A stretch of DNA of 64,000 nucleotides, from the NCBI GenBank assembly GCA_036785375.1, contig JAWMAR010000424.1:496001-560000 (forward strand), written 5' to 3'. The DNA is from Leucoraja ocellata. Lineage: Eukaryota. The notes under the pieces are model-generated. The model ran no database searches. It saw nothing but the letters and a program-made list of their open reading frames with translations, and was not told where the DNA came from. Below, in pieces: positions 12,436 through 25,700 of this stretch (the stretch's first letter is position 1; every line of letters starts with the position of its first letter). The position numbers and the translations under genes are program-made.

Positions 12436-15410
12436 TAAAAAATAAACAGATAATTGCGTTGGGCTATTAATGTTCAGAGTTTTGTTTGAGTTGAGGTTAA
12501 TAGCCTGATGGTTGTGGGGAAGTAGCTATTCCTGATCCTGGATGTTGCAGATTTCAGGCTCCTGTACCTTCTACCGCACCACCCGGCGTGGCTTCAATGG
12601 CCGCGGGACAATCGCCATCGCCAGCCGGGGGCTTTGACTTTGACTCTGACATCGGGGGGGGGAGAGTGCAGTGGAGAGATAAGTTTTTTTTGGCCTTCCA
12701 TCACAGCTATGTGATGGATGTTTATGTAAAATTGTAATTATGTTGTGTCTGGGTCTATTTGTGTGTAATGTATGGCTGCAGAAACGGCATTTCGTTTGGA
12801 CCTCTAGGGGTCCAAATGACAATTAAATTGACTCTTGACTCTTGACTCTTGACTCTTGAAGGTAGCAGGCAGATGAGTGTGTGGCCAGGATGGTGTGGGT
12901 CCTTGATGATGCTGCCAGCCTTTTTGAGGCAGCGACTGTGGTAGATCCCCTCGATGGTGGGGAGTTCAGAGCCGATGATGGACTGGGCAGTGTTTACAAC
13001 TTTCTGCTCCTGGGCGCTGAAGTTGCCGTACCAAGCCATGATGCAACCGGTCAGCATGCTCTCTACTGTGCACCTGTAAAGGTTCGAGAGAGTCCTCCTT
13101 GACATACCGACTCTCCGTAATCTTCTCAGGAACTAGAGGCGCTGGTGTGCTTTCTTTTTTGCATCAGTGTTCTGGGACCAGGAGAGATCTGCAGAGATGT
13201 GCACGCCCAGGAATTTGAAGCTTTTGACCCTTTCCACCATCGACCCGTTGATATAAACGGGACTATGGGTCCCCCTCCTACTCCTTCCAAAGTGCACAAT
13301 CAGTTCCATGGTTTTGCTGGTGTTGAGGGCCAAGTTATTGTGCTGGCACCATTTGGTCAGTCGGTCGATATCACTTCTATACTCTGACTCATCCCCATCA
13401 GTGATACATCCCACAACAGTGGTGTCGTCAGCGAACTTAATGATGGAGTTCGCACTATGACCGGCTGCGCAGTCATGGGTATAGAGTGAGTACATCAGGG
13501 GGCTGAGCACGCAGCCTTGAGGTACTCCTGTGCTGATTGTTGTCGAGGCTGACACATTTCCACCAATGCGAACAGACTGGTCTGTTGATGAGGAAGTCGA
13601 GGATCCAATTGTTGTGGCGGTAAGCGAACTGCAGTGGGTCCAGGTTTTTGTCGTTGTTTTGCGCCATGATCAACCTCTCAAAACACTTCATCACCACAAA
13701 CGTTAGTGCCACTGGTCGATAGTCATTGAGGCACGTCACTGTTCTTTTCTTACTATTGATGCCCTTTTAAAGCAGGTGGGGACCTCAGACCTCAGAAGTG
13801 AGAGGTTGAAAATCTCCGTAAAAACTCCAGCCAGTTGGTCCGCACAGGTTTTTAGAACACGACCAGGTATACCATCAAGTCCAGGTGCTTTTCGAGGGTT
13901 TACCACTCTGAAGGATTTCCTGACATTGGCCTCTGTGACTGAGACTGAAATGCCATCACAGCGAATGGGGTCTCGGGAAGGCACATCAGTATTTTCCCTA
14001 TCAAAGCGTGCGTTAAAACTCATTGAGCTCGTCAGGGAGTGATGCTAAGCCGACATTCGAGCTGCCTCCTCATAGGAGTATCCTCATCGCCTTGTAGGAG
14101 GTGATTGCATTCAGGCCCCGCCACAGCTGCCGAACATCTGTCTCATCCTCCAACTTGGAGCAGAAGTCCCTTTTGGTCTATTTGATGGCCTTACCAAGGT
14201 CGTATCTGGACTTCTTGTAGACCTCTGTATCATTGGACGTGAATGCTCGGTGTCTGGACTTCAGAATAGTGCGGATCTCATTGTTCATCCAAGGTTTCTG
14301 ATTGGGTTTTTGTAGGGATGCAGTCCTCCACACATTTCTTTATGAAGTCTGTGGTATTCGTTCAGGTCCGTTGCCGAGTCCGTGAACATTGCCCAGTCTA
14401 CAGACTCCAAACAGTCCTGGAGTTGTTCCTCTGCCCACAGCCCCCCCTCCGACCAGCTCTGTACAGTCCTCACCTCTGGGGGTGCGTTCTTCAATTGCTG
14501 CCTGTAGGCAGGAAGAAGCAGCACCGCAGTATGGTCGGATTTACCAAAGTGAGGGCGAGGGATAGAGCGATAAGTGGTGTAGCAGTGGTCGAGGGTGTTT
14601 GGTCTTCTGGTGCAGCAGGAGACATGTTGGTGGAAGTTAGGGAGCGACTATTCACAACTAATCATTGGATTTATCCAGGTTTTACTTCGACAGTAGGTCA
14701 TATACATCACAAATTTAGTCAGGAGATATTTCAGTTGAAATTTTAAAGTTAATTCTGAAGTGGGAATGATGGAAACAGCGTTTATCAATATTTTTTTTAA
14801 ATCGGCTGCGTTCAAACTGGGTATCTTCATTGCTGTTCACAACATGTACATCTAATCTGAATGTCTGGTAATGTGGCGTTTTGACACCTTTAAACATATT
14901 ACCAAAAGAACATTTGCTGCAGTTATGTCCTTTGGCCATCTCTTGTCAGTCAGTGTAATATTTAACCTGTCAGATGGGTATAGTCGGTTTAACAGCTATT
15001 ATCATAAAATGCCTTTAGAAATGTCCTTGCAACCTGTATATTTCGTTATGGATAAATTATGTGGGAAGTGAGAGTGTTTATGTACCATAAATGTCATGAT
15101 AATATTCGGTCCTTCACAGAAAACATGCTTGCATCAACCTGTAGTGTGCATGGTTAAACATATATGTTACGATGGTCCAGGATTTATTGACACAGGTTGA
15201 TCATACGTTGAATAATCCAACCACATTTTTGTTTGGAAGTGGAAAGAAATAATAGAAATTGCATAATTGCAACGTGTAAAAGAGTTGAGATTATAATTTT
15301 GCTGCATGTTATTGTGGTATATATAATGTCTTGATTGGTGAATATGTTTAGTTTGTGACTTTATTTGAAGCAGGAATAATATGTGAATGCTTCATTGAGC
15401 ATATTTCCGA
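10887..15410. mobile_element. Probable hAT-like non-autonomous DNA transposon (GC-rich interior) interrupted by a LINE
   Basis: Starts cagggctcgaaattaac, a hAT-like terminus. The right terminus was not found and the extent is approximate. Confidence 0.4.
12272..14645 (-). mobile_element. Rex1/Babar-type LINE (RT, degenerate), with a nested (gactctt)n-tailed fragment at about 12572-12857
   Basis: ORFs read [26 protein letters not shown] and [21 protein letters not shown]. Confidence 0.85.
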
Positions 15411-15490
15411 AAAATGAGATAGTGATCAACTCCAGGGACACACACCTCGGTATACATTGACATTGCCAAAGTAGATTGGTCGTTCCTAGT

Positions 15491-15576
15491 TTCCAGGAAT
15501 AAGTCTCACCAGCAATTTTTCCTGGACCATTCACTTTGTAGGTTTTGCCAAGAAAGCCAACCACGCTTTCACTTCC
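15491..15576. promoter_or_regulatory. Candidate interferon-responsive element: GAS (TTCCAGGAA) plus ETS-IRF composite (GGAAGTGAAA, minus strand)
   Basis: Exact consensus matches at 15491-15499 and 15567-15576 in a short non-repeat stretch about 0.8 kb upstream of the IgV exon. Motif match only. Confidence 0.35.
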
Positions 15577-16392
15577 TAAGAAGAAATTGGAAGTTGGGAT
15601 GCATCACAGCCAGGTTTAGGAACAACTCTATCCAAGACCGGCAGAAATTGCAGAGAACCGTGGGCCCGACCATCATGCAAACCAACCTAAGATAGACACA
15701 AAATGATGGAGTAACTCAGGGACAGGCAGCATTACTGGAGAGAAGGAATGGGTGACTTTTCAGGTCGAGATCTTTCTTTAGACGTCTGAAGAAGGGTCTC
15801 AACCTGAAACGTCAACATTCTTCTCACCAGATGTGTTGCCTGACCCGCTGTGTTACTCCAGCATTTTGTGTCTTCAATGGAAACCAACAAATACCACACC
15901 CTTTATCTTCTATGTGCACACAGTGGACGGCTTGATTATAATCATGGATGTGTTGGAAGAAACTGCAGATGCTGGTTTACACCAAAGATAGACACAAAAT
16001 GTTGAAGTAACTTAGCGGGACAGGCGGCATCTCTGGATAGAAGAAATGTTTTGGGTCGAGGCCCTTCTTCAGACTCATGTAATCATGTAATCGATTGTAT
16101 TCATGTATAGTCTTTTATTGACTGGATAGCACGCAAACAAAAATCTTTTCACTGTACCTCGGTGCAGTTTTATCATTTAAAAATAAATTGGATGGGTATA
16201 TGGATGGGAAGGGAATGGAAGGTTCTGGTCTGAGTTCTGGTCTAGATGGGACATGGGGAAAATAAGTGTTCGGTATGGACTTGTAGGGCCGAGATGGCCT
16301 GTTTCCGTGCTGTAATTGTTATATGGTTATTATATGGTTACACGGGATAATAATAAACTAAACTGAACTTCATGTTTTTGATTTCCATTTAG

Positions 16393-16728
16393 ATTCGTTG
16401 GATATGAACATTTTTGCCAGTCCGAAAAACGTATTTTTGAATTCAGAGGTTTTGTTGGAATGTAAATTTACTGGGTTTACAGCACCGCTTGACTTGAGAA
16501 ATGTAGGTGTGCTGTGGTATGGACCAGGCCAGGAACAAATCTATGCTTTTGAAACGGGAGAACATAGGCGCAAGAAACCTGGCACAGAAATATCCGACAT
16601 TGAACTATCCAAAGGAGATGCTTCACTTCTGCTTAATAATGTCCAATTGGCCGACGAAGGGAATTATACTTGTGTTGTGTTTGTCACTCCCGAAAAGGCA
16701 CAAAAGAGTTCGGAACTGCGAGTTTTAG
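16393..16728 (+). CDS. NCR3LG1: IgV-set exon of NCR3LG1-like gene
   Basis: Acceptor ccatttAG at 16391-92 and donor GTAAAA at 16729. Canonical C (LLECKF), W (VLWY) and DxGxYxC (DEGNYTC); N-glycan sequon NYT. Confidence 0.92.
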
Positions 16729-19700
16729 GTAAAACACCGTCAACATTACCCGGGATGATCTGCTCTGTTATTATTGGATCTTGGTGGTTAAAATGGCTTT
16801 CACCAATTGGCCTTCATTGGCCTGCGTATTGAATATAGAAGTTTGGAGGTCATGTTGCAGTTATATAAGACGTTGGTGAGGCTGTATTTAGAGTATTGTG
16901 TTCAGTTCTGGGCACCATGCTGTAGGAAAGATGTTGTAAAACTGGAAAGGGTACAGAGAAGATTTACAAGGATTCGAGGGTCTGGGCTACAGGGAGAGGT
17001 TGAGCAGCCTGGGACTCTATTCTTGCAGCGCAGGAGGATGAGGAGTGATCTTATGGAGGTGTATAAAATGATGAGAGGAATAGATCGGGTAGACACACAG
17101 AGTCTCTTGCCCAGAGCAGGGGGATCGAGGACCAGAGGACATGGGTTTTAAGGTGAATTGTCCCTCTGTAAATCACCTCTAGTGTGTCGAGAGTGGATGA
17201 GAAAGAAAGGATAACAGAACTAGTGTGAACGGGTGATTGATGATTGACGTGGACTTAATGGACGTAAGGCAGAATTCAATGCTGATTCTCAAATAAAATT
17301 GCGAATGCAAAACTGTATAAAGAGTGACCATGTCAAAAGTATTTTAGTGTTCTCATTAATATATCCGACATAGCTGAATAATGTGGCAATCTAAATCTGT
17401 ACGTCGTCAAAGGTACTAAATTATAGGAAAGGAATGGTCAGCATGGACTCGATGGGCTGAAGGGCCTGTTTCCAAGCAGTATCAATCTATTAATCACAAA
17501 TCAACGTTAATTGACTTTTGAGGGTAAGGGAAATCTATTTTTATTAGGGCAAGAGTTGAAGGAAGGAAAGTGGTCCATTTTGTATCACCCCATCAATAGG
17601 TTAATATAGGACATAGGTTTAAAGTGAGCGGGGAGAGAGGAAAGATTTAATAGGAACCAGAGGAGCAACTTTTTCACAGAGGAGGTGGTGAGTGTATGGA
17701 ACAAGCTGCCTAACGAGGTAGTTGAGGCAGGTACTATAACAACATTTAAAAGACATTTGTACATGGATAGGAAAGGTTTAGAGAGTTATGGTCCAACACG
17801 GGCAGGTGGGATTAGTTTCCACGCTGCATGTCTAAAGTCTAAACTAGTATAGATGGGGTACTTTGGTCATTGTGGGCAAATTGGGCTGAAGGGTCTGCTT
17901 CTGTGCTGTATGACAGTGTCCCTTAGAATTAAGAGTCTTATAATGTGACTTAGATATTTCTGGTAATACACTGCACCGCCAACTAACCCGAGGTTGCACT
18001 TGTCTTTAATACAGCTCAGCCGAAGCTGCATTTATCCACACAACATGTTACCATTGAGACTGGTGCGGAGAAGCTGGTGACATGTGATGCTACGGGATTT
18101 TACCCTGAGGCACATAACATCTACTGGGAAAAAGTATCCAAGGATAAGACTGAGAAACTAAGCCACGATGTCTTCAACACACCTCCAGTTCGTAATCCGG
18201 ATAAAACCTTTAATGTCTCCAGTGCAATGAGAATTGAACCAACTCTAGTTGATAATGGCAATGTGTACAAGTGTGTCATGAAGCATAAATCATATACTGA
18301 CCCTCTCTCACTGGAGTTGAAACTCACAGTCGAAGGTATGTTACATCCTTTGGAAAAGTATGGTTTAGTTTGTTATTGCCAAATCTACCGAGGTACAGTT
18401 CAAAGCTTTGTTTGTGTGCTCTCGAGTCCAGAAAAGATTAGTTTAGTTTAGTTTATTGTGTGAAAAGTGAAAAGCTTTTGTTTGCATGTTATCAAGTCAC
18501 AGAAACATCGAAAAGTAGGTGCAAGAGTTGGCCATTCGGCCCTTCAAGCCAGCATGATCATGGCTGATCATCTAAAATCAGTACCCCGTTCCTGCTTTTT
18601 CCCCATATCCCTCGATTCCTTTAGCCCTAAGAACTAAATCTAGCTCTCTTGAAAACATCGGGTGAATTGGCCTCCACTGCCTTCTGTGGAAGAGATTCCC
18701 AACTCTCTGAGTGAAGACGTTTTTCCTCATCTCAGTCCTAAATGACCTACCCCTTATTCTTAAACTGTGACCCCTGGTTCTGGACTCCCCAACATCGGGA
18801 ACATTTTTCCTGCATCTAGTCAGTCCAATCCTTTAAGAATGTTATGATTTTACTAGACTAAGTGGGACCCGTTGTGTACCATGTGCACAGGGGAGTGCTT
18901 GTCACCCAACGCAATATTCCACCTCTCCACCAATTCCAATATTGGTGGCCAGTGGGGGGGGGGGGGGGGGGGGGAACAAAATTCAATTGCAGTTTCGTAC
19001 CACTTCAAGCAGAGTGCAAGGCCACCAAACGCTAGTGCTGTTTGATACCATTTCAAGCAGAGTGCAAGACCACCAAATTCAAGTGCAGTTTCATATCACT
19101 TCAAGCAGGGTGCAAGACAACCAAATTGAAGTGTAGTTTCATACAATTTCAAGTAGGGTGCAAGGCCACCAAATTCAAGTGCAGTTTTATAACATTTCAT
19201 GCAGGTTGCAAGGCCACAAAATTTAAATGCAGTTTCATATCATTTCATGCAGGGTGAAAGACCACCACATTCAAATGCTGTTTCATACCATTTCAAGCAG
19301 GGTGAAACCACCATAAAACCACACAAAACACCACATAAACACCACACTCACAGTTCAGTGTGTTCAGTTGATTCACAGCTCAGACAGAGTCGTGACCTCT
19401 CCCTCCCCATCTTGCTGAGACTGAGCCACACCCACACTTCCGGGTTTTATAATCCCTCCCCCTCCCACCGGAAGGGGCGTGGCCTTCATGGCGTGATTGA
19501 CAGGAGAGAGATTCTCAACATTATTTTAAACACCAATAACACTTTTACTTTTCATTGATGGGAAAAATCCTCTGCACCTGATGAGCGGAGGGGAACTGAG
19601 TAAGATGGCCAAAAATCACAGCTGTAAGTGGCAGCGTTTTATCTAAAATCAATATACATTGAAAACAGGAATTTGTCAATTTACCACCACCAACAACCAT

Positions 19701-22700
19701 TTGCAGTGCAGCATTTCAAAGCAGTTACCACCACCAACAACTATTTGCAGTGCAGCATTTCAAAGCAACCACATTTTCATTTTCAAACCACATTAAGGGC
19801 ACTCACAGTTGAGTAGACATGTGTTCAGTGTTATTCACAGCTCAGAGAGACATGGCCCTCTCGCTTCCTCCATCTTGCAGAGACTGAGTGAGGCACAACA
19901 CTTCCAGGTTTAATAGTCCCTCCCCCTCCCACCAGCAGGGGCAGCAGGGAGAATGTCAACATTTTTAAAACATTAATAACTCTTTTATTTTTCATCGATG
20001 GGAAAAATCCTCTTGTCCTGCGCAGTGGAGGGGGACTTTGAGTAAGATGGCCAAAAATCACAGCTGTAAGTGGCAGCGTTTTTTCATAAATCATGAAACA
20101 GAAAAACATGAAGAGGTCAAGATCTATGTCACTTTTAGTAACATAGATAAGATAAGATCCCCTCTCATCTTTCTAAATTCCAGTGAATAATAGTCCAGAA
20201 AAGATTAGTTTGGTTTAGATTATTGTCACGTGTACAAAAGTGCAGTGAAAAGCTTGAGTTGTATGCTAACCAGTCAGCGGAAAGACTATACCTGATTACA
20301 ATTGATTCATTCACAGTGTTCAGATCCATGACAAAGGGAATAACATTTAGTGCAAGATAAAATCCCGTAAAGTCCGATTAAAGATAGTCCAAGGGTTTCC
20401 AGTGCGGTTGCCAGTTGCTCAGGACTGTTGTCTAATTGTTGAGAGGATGATTCAGTTGCCTGATAACAGACTATACATGAATACAACCAAGCTGTCCACA
20501 GTGCTTGGATAAAGGGCACAACATTTAGTACAAACTTTGAAGTCCAATTAAGTCCAACTAAAGATCGTTTAAAGGTCTCCAATGAGGTAGATGGGAGGTC
20601 AGGACCACAATCTAGCTGATGAAACGGCCATTCAGTTGCCTGATGCCTGTATCTCTTGCCCGATGGGAGAGGGGAGAAGAGGGAGTGACCAGGGTGAGAC
20701 CCTTGATTATGCTGGTGGCCTTGCCGAGGCAGCGTGAAGTGCAGATGGAGTCAGTGGAAGGGAGGTTGGCTTGCGCGATGGTCTGGGCTGCGTACACAAC
20801 TCTGCAATTTCCCGTTGTCTTGGATGGAGCTGTTCCCGAACCATGTTATGATGTCTCCCAATAAGATGCTTTCTATGTCACAACTGTAGAAGCTTGTGAG
20901 GGCTGTTTGGGACATACTGATCATCTGAGCCTTATAAGGAACTATTGGTGTGCTTTCTTGGCCTTTGCTTCAATGTGGCTGGTGCAGGACAAATTTATTT
21001 TGTTATTTATTCATAGGAACTTGGAGATATTTTACAGCGTACTTTATTAAAATGTTTCCAATAATATATATGAAGATATTTGTGTGTGCTTAATACATAT
21101 CCTTTACTGAGATGTGCAGTGCTTTAACTGGGGTTTATCCTTTGACCAAGATAAGAACGGGAGGATTTAAGATGAGAGGGGAGAGTTATTGGAAATTTGA
21201 GAATAACTCTTTCAGAAAGAGGTGGTGGGTATATGGAAGGAGCTGCCAGGGGAGGTAGTTGAGGCAACATTTAAAAGACATTTGGAGAGGTTAGAAGGAT
21301 ATGGGGTAAATAAGGACAGGAGTCGAGAGTCAAGTCGTCAAGAGAGTTTATTGTCATGTGTCCCAGATAGGACAATGAAATTCTTCCAAGTGTTTAATAG
21401 ACATTTGTACCGAAAACGGAACAATTAAATTATATAGGCTGAAGGGCCTATTTCCATGCTGTATCACTCTCTTCCACCACAAGTAGATACTGTCTCAGCC
21501 ATTGAGAATGATCATAATCCTGGCACATTTGTGGTTTGGTGGGGAAGTTTGGTGCTGGTCTTTCATTGACTGCCTAGTAATTCATACAGATGTTTGTGGC
21601 CCTGGCCGTGCGAGCTTTTGGGAGACCCTGATAGAAATATCTAACATGATTAGAGGCATTGATAGGTGTAGAAGTCAGAACCTTTATCCCAGAGTGGAAA
21701 TGTCAAAGACTGGAGGACATAGCTTCAAGGTGAACAGGGCAAAGATTAAAGAAGAGGCATAGTGGCATTACATAGGCTTAAATCAGCACATAGATGTACA
21801 GGGAATGGAGGGATATGGATTATACACAGGCAGATTAATTTAATTTGACATTATGTTCAGCATGGACATTGTGGGCCGAAGGGCCTGTTCCTGTGCTGTA
21901 CTATTCTAAATTTGTTCTTTCCATATGCAGTTAAAGTATATATGTTTTTCAGTTGCCTAGTTGCCATGAGTAATATTTTTCTCATTTTTTTCCTTTCTAT
22001 GTACATTAGCTTAATCTCTTAATCTCTCCTTTCCAATATGCAGCAGCAGGATTTACTTTATTGCCAGTTCAGATCTGCGCTGATCAGTGACCACCTCTCC
22101 CCCCCCCCCCCCCCGACACAGGTCACAGGGAGAATGTACAAACTCTGTATACACAGCACGATTGATCCCGGGCTTTTGGCGCTGGAGGTGTGACTAGCCC
22201 TCTAAACCCTTGAGTTATTTCTGATTGCAGCAGGTCATGGAATCACTAATTGGAATTCCTAGGCCTTTAATTAAAGGGGATATAAATTGCAAATTATGGT
22301 TTCAATGTTTTTAATAACTGTCCCCCCCCCCCCGCCCCTTCCACCAAAATTCCTCCCTCCATGTTACATTTCACTCCTTATCTGACATATTTTGTCTCCT
22401 TATCACCTCTAGCCTTTTGTCCACCCATCCTCAAATCAGTAAAAATCCGTCCTCACCTACCTCTTTGTCCAACCCCCATTTTCTTATCATCTTTCCCCCA
22501 CTACAATCAGACTGAATGAAGGTCCAGACCCGAAACGTCACCTATCCATGTTCTCCAGAGAAGCTGCTGAGTTACTCCAGCACTCTGTGTTCTACACAAC
22601 ATTTTGGCATCTGCAGTTCCTCGTGTCGCCTCTTTAAAATCCTGTCCACGTCTATTGTTATTTACTATTGACAAAAATGAAGGAGTCTGCAAATAAAGAA

Positions 22701-25700
22701 GGTTATTTCACGTGGCATGGTGTTTGTGGATATGCTGATTCTTAGTGTTTTACATTCCAGAACCTGTGGAATATTCGTCAACAGGGGCTATTCTTGGAGT
22801 TTTATTTGCTGGAATTATTCTATGCGCACTAATTGCCTTTGGACTCTATGTTTACTTCGTGAAATACAGACCAGGTAATATGACAAATGGAGAATGTTCC
22901 TCAATGCGTTGTAATTGTCTGCCTCAAGTTATAGCAGCTACAGCACAGAAACAGGCCATTCAGCCCACCACATCCACGCCGACCATCGAGTACTCGTATA
23001 CATAAATATCAGTTCATTCAGCCCACTTTCCCATGAGCTCGTACCTGATCCTACCATATTCCTCACACACAAGCAGAAAGTTACAGGGCACAATTAATCA
23101 AACTTTTTGGGGTGCAGGAGGAAACCAAAACACCCAACATGGGGAACATGCAAACTCCACATAGACAACATCGGAGGTTAGCATTGAACCCCGCCTGTGT
23201 GCTGTGTAAAGTACTGGAGTTGTGTGGCTTTTGTAATTATTTGAATGCTTCTAGTTACATTTTCCCAACATGGAGGGCTGGTGATCTTTTAGTTTCAACT
23301 ACAGATGACCCTGTGATGATTGTATACCCATATAGACGGCAGCCAGGCTTGGAGCTTCTCTTTGAATGGCCCTCTGGGCATAACTTGTTTCAGTTATAAT
23401 TTCAGAGATACAGTGTGGAAACAGGCCCTTCCGCACCGACAAGTGATCGCCCCATATACCAGTTCTATCCTTCTCACTTGGGTCAATGTACAGAAGCCAA
23501 TTAACCCACAAACCTATACGTCTGTGGAATCTGGGAGAAAACCCACACGGTCACAGGGAGAACGTATAAACTTCGTACCGACAGCACCCGACGTCAGGAT
23601 TGTTCCTCAGAAAGAACATTTAGATTGCCAAGTTTTAATTACCTGCTTTGTTTTGACTAGTTACTCCAGGGATCACTGGACCCAATGGACATCAAACCAT
23701 GAAACATCTTGAAGAAAAAAAGACCACTTGGAGGGTTAGTCCATTCCGACCTCGTGAAATTATAATTTACTTATACCTAAAGAGGAAGGGGGATCAGGTG
23801 AGAAAAACTATTTTAGATTGGGACAGCAGAAAATCTACTGAAAACAGAAATGGAAAGATCAACGGAGAGGGTCACAATGAAGCGAGGATTCTCATAAATT
23901 CAAATTATGTCAATGCATCTTTTACACCATTGGAACCCAAATATGACACTGATGCAGATGGGATTTCCAGTGTGATGATCAATGTGGAAATATATCCAGA
24001 TGTTAACCAGGATGCAGGGGCTGAATTAACCATTGAAGTTCAACATAAATCACTGAAACAGCCGATATCAAAGACTTTGATACTGGATGTTAAAGGAGGT
24101 AAAGTATAAATGTTTTCTTTAATCATTAATGTCTATATATTGTGATTTCATTCTGAATGTCTTCAGAGTCATAGAGTATACAGCCTAGAAACAGGCCCTT
24201 CAGTCCAACTTGCCCAGCCGACCAACTTTGTCCCATCTGCCTGCATTTGGTCCATATCCCTCTAAACCTGTTCTATCCATGTACCCGTCTAAATATTTCT
24301 TAAAAATTGTGATAGTACCTACCTCAACTATCTCGTCTGGCAGCTTGTTCGATACACTCACCATCTTTGTATGAAAAGGTTACCCCTCAGATTCCGATAA
24401 AATCTTTCCACCCTCATCTTAAATCTATGTCCTCTGGTCATCGATTCACCTACTCTGGGCAAAAGACTGTGCATCTACCCGATCTATTCCTCTGATGATC
24501 TTCTACACCTCTATTTGATCACTCTCATCGTCCTGCGCTCCAAGGAATAGAGTCCTAGCCTGCTCAACCTCTCCCTATAGCTCAGGCCCTCGGGTCCTGG
24601 CAACATCCTCGTAGATCTTCTCTGCACCCTTTCCAGCTTGACAACATCTTTCTTGTAACAAGACTGAACACAATACTCAGTATTTCAATCAATACTCATT
24701 GAAATAAATGCGTGATTATGCGTTCATATTAACATCTATAATTTGTAACATTGATATGTTTTATGCAATGAGAGGATGGAACAGCACAACACATGAACGG
24801 CCCCTTTGGCCGACAATGTCCATGTTGAACATGATGCCAAGATAAACTAATCTCTGCTGCTTGCACGCAATCCATGTCCCTCCATTCCCTGCATATTTAT
24901 GTGCCTATCTAAAAGCTTCTTAAACACCACCATATAATAATGGGGGGGAGATTTCAACTGTGTTATAGACCCATACTTAGATAAATCAATAAAGCTAGGG
25001 AAGCGTCTTGTTAAAACTAAGACCTGTGAATTTTTAAATAATTATATAAAAAATAATAACATAGCTGATGTTTGGAGAATAGCAAATCCAAGTGGTAGGG
25101 AATACTCATTTTATTCATCAGTTCACAAAACTTATTCGCGAATTGACTATTTCTTATTGGACACAAAATTGATCCCGTATACGAATAAACTATCATATCA
25201 TAATAGTATTATTTCTGATCACTCACCATTGACTTTTATACTTAAAATTGAGGGAATGCCGAGTATAAAACCTTTTTGGAGGTTCAATGCACACATATTA
25301 AATAACCCGTAGGGTTACGAGTATATAAAAGAACAAACAAAACTTTTTTTCGAAATAAATGACACGCCGGGTATTTCTGCACCGCTATTATGGGAAACCT
25401 TCAAGGCATATATTCGCTTAACAAAGTTTTCAAAATAAGGAAAATAAAAGAGAACTTCAGCGGATAGAACAGAAAATAAAATTACTAGAACTGGACAATG
25501 CAACTGACCCAACCATAAATAAACATAATAAGATAACTTTATTGAAATATAAAGTCAATAGAATACTATCGGCTAAAGTAATAAGATTATTACAAATTAC
25601 AAAACAAGCACACTTCGAATTTGGGGATAAGCCACATAAACTACTTGCGAGGCAACTGAAGCAACGAGAAAAGGAAAAAACTATTACTAAAATTAAATCG

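Noticed and set aside
14871-15071. ORF MWRFDTFK..LLSVSVIFNLSDG as signal-peptide exon
   Set aside because: Weak hydrophobic core, the nearest GT gives phase 2 rather than the required phase 1, and it lies in a probable DNA-transposon remnant.
15542-15613. AG/GT-bounded 72-nt segment upstream of IgV
   Set aside because: Does not encode a signal peptide and there is no supporting evidence that it is an exon.
19042-19257. Cys-rich repetitive ORF or CRISPR-like array
   Set aside because: Simple 48-bp tandem repeat with no unique spacers, inside a transposon in a vertebrate genome.
23759-23779. ITIM-like IIYLYL in the post-TM domain
   Set aside because: Falls in a predicted core beta-strand of the Ig-like fold and is unlikely to be accessible.
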